Part shown: positions 27,651 to 34,564 of the stretch, piece by piece | Numbering within the stretch: the stretch's first letter is position 1 | Layout of the letters: each line of letters begins with the position of its first letter | Source of the DNA: a virus | Lineage: Duplodnaviria > Caudoviricetes | Direction: 5' to 3' (one strand) | Length of the DNA stretch: 35,971 nucleotides | Virus record (IMG/VR): IMGVR_UViG_3300032314_000102 | Span: 1-35,971 of that record | Notes under the pieces: model-generated | Database searches by the model: none | What the model was told of the DNA's origin: nothing | The model's input: the letters and a program-made list of their open reading frames with translations, nothing else | Position numbers and translations under genes: made by a program

Positions 27651-27793
27651 ATTAAATCCTGTATTTTGATGCCCTTTTGTTCAAGGGCTTTTTTAATCTT
27701 TTTTAATGCTGATGACAATATCTGAGCAACTCTTTGATGAGTGATGCCTTCAGCCTGTGCAATTTCTTGCAATGTCATAGGCTCATGGTTCAT
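27647..27793 (-). CDS. Stand-alone sigma70 region-4-like HTH protein, 48 aa (not in the ORF track)
   Basis: MNHEPMTLQEIAQAEGITHQRVAQILSSALKKIKK, with ATGA overlaps on both sides. Confidence 0.75.
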   Translation of the reverse strand: MNHEPMTLQEIAQAEGITHQRVAQILSSALKKIKKALEQKGIKIQDLI

Positions 27794-27903
27794 GTCATGT
27801 CCCGACAAAACTTAACAAAGTTGCCAATAGACAATAAGCCAAACATAACCCACCAGATCCAGCTTGCATCACCATAAAATAAAAAGAAAGCAACAAGTAA
27901 CAT
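27790..27903 (-). CDS. Small membrane peptide, 37 aa
   Basis: MLLVAFFLFYGDASWIWWVMFGLLSIG..., translationally coupled at both ends. Confidence 0.55.
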   Translation of the reverse strand: MLLVAFFLFYGDASWIWWVMFGLLSIGNFVKFCRDMT

Positions 27904-28175
27904 TAACATGGCTGGCAATCCTTTTCTGCTTTATTTTCCCAGTATTCATAAATACAAGTGGACACAATTAGACCAATCAATTCTTTGTTGTTGTTTTGCA
28001 AAGCAGTTACAAGAGTTTCCCAATGCTCGCCAAAAAGTGCATCATCCATAATTGCACTTTGTATGTTCTCAGGCAAATCTGGGTTGTATTCGCCATTCAG
28101 AAGTTCAGCAATTTCTTCTTCATAATCTTCATCATCTTCTGGCTCATAGTAGCGATCATGCATTGACATTCCCAT
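27903..28175 (-). CDS. Acidic hypothetical protein
   Basis: Likely start MGMSMHDRYYEPEDDE at 28175. Confidence 0.65.
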   Translation of the reverse strand: MGMSMHDRYYEPEDDEDYEEEIAELLNGEYNPDLPENIQSAIMDDALFGEHWETLVTALQNNNKELIGLIVSTCIYEYWENKAEKDCQPC

Positions 28176-28177
28176 GA

Positions 28178-28255
28178 TTAAAACCCCCAGCCAACCATGC
28201 AACCAAGTAAGATACCCAAAAGGATAACACCAATCCATTCATATATTGTGTTCAT
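28178..28255 (-). CDS. Small membrane peptide, 25 aa
   Basis: MNTIYEWIGVILLGILLGCMVGWGF*, AGGA RBS, fills the gap exactly. Confidence 0.55.
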   Translation of the reverse strand: MNTIYEWIGVILLGILLGCMVGWGF

Positions 28256-28256
28256 A

Positions 28257-28520
28257 TTATTTCCTATAAGCATATTGTGAGAAAGGAATGCCAAATTCTT
28301 TTTTATCTTCAAATACTACTTTGTTTTTAGTTTGATCTAAATAAGCATAGGTCTTAAAAGCAAATGGGGCTTCTTGATGCAACTCTAGCAAGACCATATC
28401 AATTCTTTGAGCAAATGCATTGCTGGCAGTTAAAGTAAGCTCGCTGAATTGCTCAGTAGTCAAGCCACTAGCCGCAGCTTTAAGTCGTGCTTGCTGTTCT
28501 GTAGTTAATGGGTTTTTCAT
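28257..28520 (-). CDS. Hypothetical protein
   Basis: 87 aa ORF with AGGA RBS. Confidence 0.65.
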   Translation of the reverse strand: MKNPLTTEQQARLKAAASGLTTEQFSELTLTASNAFAQRIDMVLLELHQEAPFAFKTYAYLDQTKNKVVFEDKKEFGIPFSQYAYRK

Positions 28521-28537
28521 ATTTTTTCCTATGTAGT

Positions 28538-28553
28538 AGCCCCCGAAGGGGCT
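28538..28553 (-). other. GC-rich UUCG-tetraloop hairpin between the first two early genes
   Basis: On the - strand AGCCCC-TTCG-GGGGCT, with no downstream U tract. Confidence 0.6.
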
Positions 28554-28559
28554 TATTGT

Positions 28560-28733
28560 TTAAATTATAAAATCTACCATTCTTAATGCTGTTTTTAAAT
28601 CTATTTCTTCTCCAGTTGCTAACAAAACTTCTGATTTGATTAATAGCAATTTAGTCCAACTTATTTCATGACCATCTGGAGTTTTAAAATATTGCTCAGT
28701 TGCATTTGGGTTTTCTTGAAAGTCATTTAACAT
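28560..28733 (-). CDS. Hypothetical protein, first gene of the leftward operon
   Basis: Start moved to MLNDFQ at 28733, which has an AAGGA RBS. Confidence 0.6.
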   Translation of the reverse strand: MLNDFQENPNATEQYFKTPDGHEISWTKLLLIKSEVLLATGEEIDLKTALRMVDFII

Positions 28734-28777
28734 TGTGATTCCTTTTGGTTGTGATAAAAAATTTACTGCATACACAA

Positions 28778-28806
28778 ACTTTATTCTTCTGTTTTTAAAA
28801 AGTAAA
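28778..28806 (-). promoter_or_regulatory. Putative leftward early promoter
   Basis: On the - strand TTTACT, 17 nt spacer, TAAAGT, in the divergent intergenic region. Confidence 0.45.
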
Positions 28807-28840
28807 CAAAAACCGACATAGGACATACCCTAATATAAAA

Positions 28841-28877
28841 TGTAGTAAAAAAGCAACAAAGTATTTTGTTGTATGAT
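28841..28877 (+). promoter_or_regulatory. Operator-like palindromes overlapping the rightward promoter
   Basis: TGTAG-N8-CAACA (28841-28858), perfect inverted repeat CAACAAA-GTAT-TTTGTTG (28854-28871) and TATGAT -10 (28872-28877). Confidence 0.5.
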
Positions 28878-28882
28878 TAGGG

Positions 28883-29194
28883 ATGACCAGTTTAAATCAA
28901 AGAACAGTTGCACTTCTTAAAGACAGGGGCTATCAATGCGATGTAGTCGAAAGCTACAATGCCTTCACCAAAAGAAAAAAAGACCTATTTGGAATATTCG
29001 ATATATTAGCTATTGGGTCAGGCGAAACTTTAGGGGTTCAGATTACTTCCAAGAGCAATATATCAGCCCGAATAAAAAAAATAGAGGAATCTGAGTATTT
29101 ACCCCTATTGATAGCTGCTGGATGGCGAATTATTGTCTTTGGCTGGTACAAAAAAGACAATGGAAGATATGATTACAAGGAATTTGAATTTTAG
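28883..29194 (+). CDS. PD-(D/E)XK nuclease-like protein (resolvase/VRR-NUC-like)
   Basis: L..RGY...VVE, DLFG.FDILA and GVQ.TS pattern. Confidence 0.65.
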   Translation: MTSLNQRTVALLKDRGYQCDVVESYNAFTKRKKDLFGIFDILAIGSGETLGVQITSKSNISARIKKIEESEYLPLLIAAGWRIIVFGWYKKDNGRYDYKEFEF

Positions 29195-29206
29195 TAGTAA
29201 ACTCTA

Positions 29207-29272
29207 TGGACAGGCTAGGGTAGCACCCGAAAAGTCGCTTAGTCACCGATCTGCCAAGTCCACCTTTTGACT
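29207..29272 (+). ncRNA. Candidate structured cis-regulatory RNA in the leader of the replication gene
   Basis: Nested stems TGGAC/GTCCA, GGC/GCC, GGGT/ACCC and GTCG/CGAT. Loop AGTCA is complementary to downstream TGACT. Confidence 0.55.
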
Positions 29273-29290
29273 GCTTTTGACAAGGCAAAA

Positions 29291-30061
29291 ATGAATTTTT
29301 ACCCATTTCACATTGGCGATTACATCAGCCACACAAGCCATTTAAGCGATGAAGAAGATTTAGCCTACAGGCGAATGATTGACCTTTATTATCTTAATGA
29401 GCAACCATTTAGCGATCCTGTAGCAGTTGCAAGAAGGGTCAAAGCAGATTTATCCATTATTCAAGCATTATTGTCTGAATTTTTTGTTTTAGAAGATGAT
29501 TGCTGGCACAACAAAAGAGCAGATATGGAAATCGCAAAATACCAGTTTGTAAAAGAATCTGGTAAGAAAGGTGCTGAAAAACGATGGGCAAATAGGGAAG
29601 AAAAGCCATCCCAATGCCCACCCAATAGCCCCCCTAATGCCACCCCTATAGCAACCAAGACCAATACCAATACCATTACCAAGACCAAAGTAAATACTAT
29701 GCCCACTCCTGATGGAGTGAGTGTTGATTTATGGAATGATTTTATGGTTTACAGGAAAAGGCTTAAAGCACCAGTAACAGACAGAGTATTGGCAAGATTG
29801 GTCAAAGAAGCTGAATTGGCAAAAATGCCATTATCAGATGTTTTGGAAACAATTATTTTTAAAGGCTGGAGATCATTTGAAGCAAGCTGGATACAGCAAG
29901 CCCAGCAAAAAGCCAAAGAATTGCCTTTGAGTACAGATAAGCAGATAGAGGAAGCCTATAGGCTTGAATGTGGTGGAGATCCAACACAGGCTAGATTTAA
30001 TAGCTATTTTGATATGAAGAAGTTTATCCTTGAGCAAAGGGATAAAAGGGCTAGGGCATGA
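29291..30061 (+). CDS. Replication initiator, DUF1376 (YdaU)-like N-terminus
   Basis: MNFYPFHIGDY...T.HLS.EEDLAYRR.ID.YY, GKKGAEKRW and W.DF...RK..KAP.T. Contains internal iterons. Confidence 0.85.
   Translation: MNFYPFHIGDYISHTSHLSDEEDLAYRRMIDLYYLNEQPFSDPVAVARRVKADLSIIQALLSEFFVLEDDCWHNKRADMEIAKYQFVKESGKKGAEKRWANREEKPSQCPPNSPPNATPIATKTNTNTITKTKVNTMPTPDGVSVDLWNDFMVYRKRLKAPVTDRVLARLVKEAELAKMPLSDVLETIIFKGWRSFEASWIQQAQQKAKELPLSTDKQIEEAYRLECGGDPTQARFNSYFDMKKFILEQRDKRARA
29605..29689 (+). repeat. Putative replication origin iterons
   Basis: Four ~11-mers (GCCATCCCAAT, GCCCACCCAAT, GCCCCCCTAAT, GCCACCCCTAT), then six ACCAWN hexamers. Confidence 0.7.
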
Positions 30062-30210
30062 TTTACTACATTTATGATGAAGAAGGATTGATTCGTATAA
30101 CCAAAAGTAAAACAGAAGCCAAATATCTTATATCTTTAAGACCAGATTGGAAAATTGTTGCAAAAAAAGAAGTAAAGCCAAAAACAAAATTTGAGGATGC
30201 TTTAATCTAA
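30058..30210 (+). CDS. Small hypothetical protein, 50 aa
   Basis: MIYYIYDEEGLIR...EDALI*, with an ATGA overlap. Confidence 0.6.
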   Translation: MIYYIYDEEGLIRITKSKTEAKYLISLRPDWKIVAKKEVKPKTKFEDALI

Positions 30211-30212
30211 CA

Positions 30213-30860
30213 ATGACAGAATACAAAGTGGTTCAATTACAAAATGGTGAGCATCAGGAATGGCTTTTAAAAAAACACTATGCCAGAAGAACTTGTAGTG
30301 TTTCTTATGCTTTTGGGCTTGTACACAATGAAAAGCTCATTGGAGTTTGCACTTTTGGATGCCCACCAAACTATAACTATAACGATGGCAAATGTATTTT
30401 TAACACCATGAAAGTTAAGACTTTGGAGCTTAACAGGCTGGTAATCAATGAATACAATGTAAAAAACCTATTGAGCTATTTTGTATCTCAATGTATCAAA
30501 ATGCTACCTAAGCCACTTGCATTGGTTTCCTATGCAGACCCCAATCAAAATCATCATGGGTATATATATCAAGCTACTAACTGGATATACACAGGCGAAA
30601 GCACACCTAAGAAAAGATATATATTTGAAGATGGGTCTAGCTTTGATATTCGAAGGGGTCTAGACACAAAAGGTAAAATTGTAGATATACAAGATTTAAA
30701 GCCTACCCACAGATATATTTATTTAAGTGGCAACAAATATGAAAAGGCAAAGATGCTAAACGATATGAAGATGCCAATTTTGCCCTATCCAAAAGGCGAT
30801 AATCAAAAGTATGAATGTATTGATTTAGACATCAACTACCAAAAAGGATTGTTTGACTGA
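30213..30860 (+). CDS. mom: Mom-like DNA adenine modification protein (GNAT fold)
   Basis: KKHYA.R, GVCTFG, ELNRL and SYADP.Q.H.GYIYQATNW.YTG motifs of the phage Mu Mom family. Confidence 0.8.
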   Translation: MTEYKVVQLQNGEHQEWLLKKHYARRTCSVSYAFGLVHNEKLIGVCTFGCPPNYNYNDGKCIFNTMKVKTLELNRLVINEYNVKNLLSYFVSQCIKMLPKPLALVSYADPNQNHHGYIYQATNWIYTGESTPKKRYIFEDGSSFDIRRGLDTKGKIVDIQDLKPTHRYIYLSGNKYEKAKMLNDMKMPILPYPKGDNQKYECIDLDINYQKGLFD

Positions 30861-30861
30861 T

Positions 30862-31323
30862 ATGAATACTGGCAACCACTCCTACACAGAAAGAATCCAA
30901 GGAACTAATCTTGGGGAAGAATTATTTGAAGAATATTGCCAATCTAAAAACTTTCATTTAACCAGACTAGGATTTGATGAGCACAAAGCCAATATTCCTA
31001 ACTTTTTTAGGTTAAACCCATATATCAGAAATATTCCTGATTACATTGTTAATACACCAGATGCTACTTTTGTAGTAAATGTTAAAGGGACAGATAATTT
31101 TAAACAGTCAGAATATAAGTTATTGCCTGAATTTGGTGAGTGGTTTAGCACCAAAAAAGCTCCATTAATATATGCTTTTTGCTTTAGAGGTAGCGAAAGA
31201 CCAATTTTGGTTTATCCTGAAAAGATAATTAGGCTGTATGAAGAAGCCAAAGTTGATCAGCAATGGAGTGATGGGGTAATTTACCGATGTCTGAATTTAA
31301 GAAATCAGAAGCATGGCGATTAG
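30862..31323 (+). CDS. PD-(D/E)XK-like nuclease / hypothetical protein
   Basis: GEELFEEY, IPDYIV and VNVKG arrangement. Confidence 0.5.
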   Translation: MNTGNHSYTERIQGTNLGEELFEEYCQSKNFHLTRLGFDEHKANIPNFFRLNPYIRNIPDYIVNTPDATFVVNVKGTDNFKQSEYKLLPEFGEWFSTKKAPLIYAFCFRGSERPILVYPEKIIRLYEEAKVDQQWSDGVIYRCLNLRNQKHGD

Positions 31324-31541
31324 AATGCGAAGCAAGAGAATTATTAAGCTGGAAATTAAAGGATCGTAGAAAGCAGTTAGATTTGGTGCAACAAAAGAGA
31401 GGTTGGTTGGCTAGATTAACATTACAAGATGAAATGGAAAGATTATGGAAACTACAGAAAAATCAGCAACAGAAGCCAGAAAGTTCCTATACACAGAAGG
31501 TGCAAAACATGGAAAAGCAAAGGCAAATAGGTCTTATCTAG
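31287..31541 (+). CDS. Hypothetical protein
   Basis: SEAWRLECEAR..L pattern, overlapping its neighbours. Confidence 0.55.
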   Translation: MSEFKKSEAWRLECEARELLSWKLKDRRKQLDLVQQKRGWLARLTLQDEMERLWKLQKNQQQKPESSYTQKVQNMEKQRQIGLI

Positions 31542-31780
31542 AGCAATTTCTAAAGGTCAAGCTGGCATTGCTTATGAAAGAATCATCCGAAACAACTATA
31601 GCTGGCAAGGAAATGGATGCTAAAACACATCCAGATTACATACAAATTCTGCATGGTATTAAAATAGCACAAGAAGAAGAAGTAACACTTTTTTGGCAGT
31701 TGAAGTCAGCAGAAGCAACTATTGACATTTACAGGACTGAAAGTGCAAATAATAGAGCAACTGATAGAGGAATGGCATGA
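31445..31780 (+). CDS. Hypothetical helical protein
   Basis: 111 aa, HPDY...L and IDIYRTESANNR. Confidence 0.65.
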   Translation: METTEKSATEARKFLYTEGAKHGKAKANRSYLEQFLKVKLALLMKESSETTIAGKEMDAKTHPDYIQILHGIKIAQEEEVTLFWQLKSAEATIDIYRTESANNRATDRGMA

Positions 31781-31923
31781 GTTCTTGGTTAATCATTGTG
31801 ACTGGATTAATCTACTTTTACATATCTGTGGAACAGCTAACTAAAGGCAATGTAGGTTTGGCTTGTATGTATGCTGGTTATTGTTTTGCCAATTATGGTG
31901 CTTATTTGATTGCTACAAAATGA
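31777..31923 (+). CDS. Small membrane protein, 48 aa
   Basis: MSSWLIIVTGLIYFYISVEQ...YAGYCFANYG, with ATGA overlaps at both ends. Confidence 0.65.
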   Translation: MSSWLIIVTGLIYFYISVEQLTKGNVGLACMYAGYCFANYGAYLIATK

Positions 31924-32690
31924 ATATAGTTTCTTATGGTGCTGGCACAAACAGCACAGCTCTTTTGATTGAGATGATTAATCGTGGAATTCCTTGTGAT
32001 TTAATAACTTTTGCTGATACTGGTGGTGAAAGACCTGAAACTTATGAATATATGCGTATGTTTAGCAATTGGCTAGTTTCTAAAGGATTTCCAGCTATTG
32101 TCTATGTTAAAGCTGAAACTCCAAGTAAGCACATGGGTCTGGAACAATTTTGTTTGCAACATAAAACTTTGCCATCTATTGCATTTGGTTATAAAAAATG
32201 TTCACAGCAATTTAAAGGTGAGCCACAAGATAAATATATTAAAAATCATCCTATGGTCAAAGAAATATGGGCTAAAGGTGAAAAAGTAAATAAATACATT
32301 GGTTATGATGCTGATGAGCCACATCGTGCAAACCGAAAATTAGATGATAAAATTTTAGCAAAATATAATATGATGTATCCATTGGTAGATTGGAATATGG
32401 GTAGAGATGAATGCATTGAAAGTATTAAAAATGCTGGATTACCATTACCGGGTAAATCTGCTTGTTTTTTTTGCCCTAGTTCTAAGCCCAGAGAAATATT
32501 GCAAATGAAACAGACCCATCCTGAATTAATAGAAAGAGCATTAGCAATGGAAGAAAATGCCAAAGAAAGTTTTACAGCTATTAGAGGATTGGGCAGAAAT
32601 TACTCATGGAAAGAGTTAATTCAAGCCGATAATGCCCAGATGAAAATGTTTACATCTGAAGTTCCATGTGAGTGTTACGATGGCGAATAA
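31920..32690 (+). CDS. PAPS-reductase-like (PP-loop) protein
   Basis: IVSYGAGTNSTA PP-loop variant, FADTGGE.PETY, KCS..FK..P, IGYDADE..R and KSACFFCP. Confidence 0.85.
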   Translation: MNIVSYGAGTNSTALLIEMINRGIPCDLITFADTGGERPETYEYMRMFSNWLVSKGFPAIVYVKAETPSKHMGLEQFCLQHKTLPSIAFGYKKCSQQFKGEPQDKYIKNHPMVKEIWAKGEKVNKYIGYDADEPHRANRKLDDKILAKYNMMYPLVDWNMGRDECIESIKNAGLPLPGKSACFFCPSSKPREILQMKQTHPELIERALAMEENAKESFTAIRGLGRNYSWKELIQADNAQMKMFTSEVPCECYDGE

Positions 32691-32970
32691 AAATGAAAAG
32701 ATCGCATTTAACAAGATTGCAGAACTCGGATGTATTCTCTGTGCCACCTACTTTGGGGTTGAAGGCACTCCGGCAGAACTCCATCATTGCCGCAGATATG
32801 GAGCTAAACGGGCTTCATCCGATGTCTTGCCTTTATGCCCAGAGCATCATCGGGGAAACTCTGGTGTTCACGGATTGGGTGTCAAAGGTTTTGAAAGAAA
32901 ATACCAGACATCCTATGAGGAGTTGCTGGAGCAAGTCAGTAAAAGACTTGGAAAGGAAAATGAAGAATGA
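32680..32970 (+). CDS. Ref/DUF968-like HNH zinc nuclease
   Basis: LGCILC, AELHH and LPLCPEHHRG. Confidence 0.75.
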   Translation: MANKNEKIAFNKIAELGCILCATYFGVEGTPAELHHCRRYGAKRASSDVLPLCPEHHRGNSGVHGLGVKGFERKYQTSYEELLEQVSKRLGKENEE

Positions 32971-33200
32971 GCAAACCAATAAAAATAAATTCTAATCGGA
33001 GTAGCTACATAGTAGGCGATGATAAGCTAAATGAAATCATAGAGCATTTAAATGATTTGTTTGTAGGCAAATCAATGACAGCGGATGAAATGCGATTACT
33101 TCAGCATATTGTTGATGACATTTGTGATATGGCTAATGACAATCAATTGCTAAGAATTTACAACCAAAATCAAATATTGCCTTACTCAAGCAATCATTAA
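32967..33200 (+). CDS. Hypothetical protein
   Basis: 77 aa, ATGA overlap. Confidence 0.55.
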   Translation: MSKPIKINSNRSSYIVGDDKLNEIIEHLNDLFVGKSMTADEMRLLQHIVDDICDMANDNQLLRIYNQNQILPYSSNH

Positions 33201-33245
33201 TATACCTAAAGGTATTAAAGACTTCTTTAATTTGATACCTATAAG

Positions 33246-33599
33246 TTACAACTCTAAAGGATCAAAGCCAAGCTCATTTGCCACCATTTTGCATCTAGTT
33301 CGAAACTGTTTGGAATGATGTAGCCATTTATCCCCTTTTTGCCTATAAAAACTCATGTGGACTGCTTCATGTGCAAGGGTAGTAAGAGTTGTATATAAAT
33401 GCCCACAGCGAGCAGAAGATATTGTAATTGTATGCTCAAAATCACCGCCAGTATCTAATGTGTATGTTCCCATAAGCTCTGCATCTGGTGTCACAATGAA
33501 TTCTATTTCATCAGGCAAAGGCATATCCCACTTAGTAAATGGGTAGCAACAATACAATGTTGCGTATAAATTTTTTAGCACTTCAGGGGTCAGCTTCAT
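33246..33599 (-). CDS. SprT-like zinc metalloprotease domain protein
   Basis: TLAHEAVH (HExxH) plus downstream H...F motif. Confidence 0.75.
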   Translation of the reverse strand: MKLTPEVLKNLYATLYCCYPFTKWDMPLPDEIEFIVTPDAELMGTYTLDTGGDFEHTITISSARCGHLYTTLTTLAHEAVHMSFYRQKGDKWLHHSKQFRTRCKMVANELGFDPLEL

Positions 33600-34342
33600 G
33601 ATAAATGTTTAAGTTTAGAATGAGGTATTAATGTTCTAGTATCAGTAGAATATGCCCCACAAGCCTTGCATTGATATCTTTGATAAGCCCCAGTAGTTGT
33701 ATATCTAAAGCCTTTGCTAATAATTGATGATTTGCCACAAGTAGGACAATCAAAGCCAGCCCTATCTTTTTTCATAATATTTATATTGACAGGCTGTTTA
33801 ACCCAAGGCAATAGTTTTTTATACAGCTTTTCTAGCAATATGACATCCTGTATGTTGTAGCTTTCCATTGTTGCCCAAGCCTTTTTGTCACCATTCATGC
33901 ATTTAATCCACAATGTATGACCTTCATGATCTTTCTTTTTGCCTAGTCCAAGCCTTTGAGCTACATAATCTAGTTTATTGCTGGGAAATCTAAACTGGCT
34001 TTTGACCACTCTTAACAAGTCAATTTGTTTGATTGGTGGTGGTGGTGGCATTTTATGAATCAGAAATTCTTTGTTCAATGTTGGCATATCAAACTTAGTG
34101 CCATTGTAATGAACTACTGCATCAGCATCTTCTAGCAATCCATGTATTCCTTCAAGCATAGATTGAGATGTGCTTTTTTGAACAGAATCAAAATAAATTT
34201 GTTTTTCATCTAACCATTTTGCTGAATAGCACATGGTATAGGATGATTCAAGAAGCTGGTTCAAAGATACATTCTGTTGCCATAAGCCCCAGACATGAGC
34301 AGTATTAGGGCTGGTTTCGATGTCAAGCAAAAGTATCTTCAT
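33596..34342 (-). CDS. RNase H-like 3'-5' exonuclease (DEDD) with C-terminal zinc ribbon
   Basis: LLDIETSP, HYNG.KFD, SNKLDYV and YNIQDV, plus CPTCG...CKACG. Confidence 0.88.
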   Translation of the reverse strand: MKILLLDIETSPNTAHVWGLWQQNVSLNQLLESSYTMCYSAKWLDEKQIYFDSVQKSTSQSMLEGIHGLLEDADAVVHYNGTKFDMPTLNKEFLIHKMPPPPPIKQIDLLRVVKSQFRFPSNKLDYVAQRLGLGKKKDHEGHTLWIKCMNGDKKAWATMESYNIQDVILLEKLYKKLLPWVKQPVNINIMKKDRAGFDCPTCGKSSIISKGFRYTTTGAYQRYQCKACGAYSTDTRTLIPHSKLKHLS

Positions 34343-34399
34343 AAATCGCTTACAATAGTTAGGTTGTTGTATATCTTAATGGAATTGTATTAAAAAACA

Positions 34400-34552
34400 A
34401 TGATTTATAAAAAATACATTCAAAAGTTAAAAGTGCATAGTTTAAGAGTTTGTTCCAAGTGTCAAATTAAAGCCAAAACCAATGAAGGGTATTTTTTGCT
34501 GTTTAACAATGGATTAAATGAGAAATTTATCTGCAAATCCTGTAAAAAATAG
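34400..34552 (+). CDS. Small zinc-ribbon protein, 50 aa (not in the ORF track)
   Basis: MIYKKY...CSKC...ICKSCKK*. Confidence 0.55.
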   Translation: MIYKKYIQKLKVHSLRVCSKCQIKAKTNEGYFLLFNNGLNEKFICKSCKK

Positions 34553-34564
34553 TAAAATCCATTT

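Noticed and set aside
28176-28238. Hydrophobic N-terminus of track ORF 27903..28238
   Set aside because: It overlaps a better-supported 25 aa ORF in another frame. The start was reassigned to 28175.
31863-31919. Cys/Trp-rich N-terminal extension of the PAPS-reductase-like ORF in the track
   Set aside because: It is the off-frame reading of the 31777..31923 membrane ORF. The true start is more likely 31920 (ATGA overlap).
32672-32995. 107 aa ORF overlapping the Ref-like nuclease
   Set aside because: It is an alternative frame with no motifs, whereas the overlapping frame has clear CxxC/HH/CxxHH motifs.
33558-33570. 13-mer TGTTGCGTATAAA identical to 37-49
   Set aside because: It lies inside the SprT-like CDS and lacks the right half-site. 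A single 13-mer match in an AT-rich 36 kb genome can be chance.
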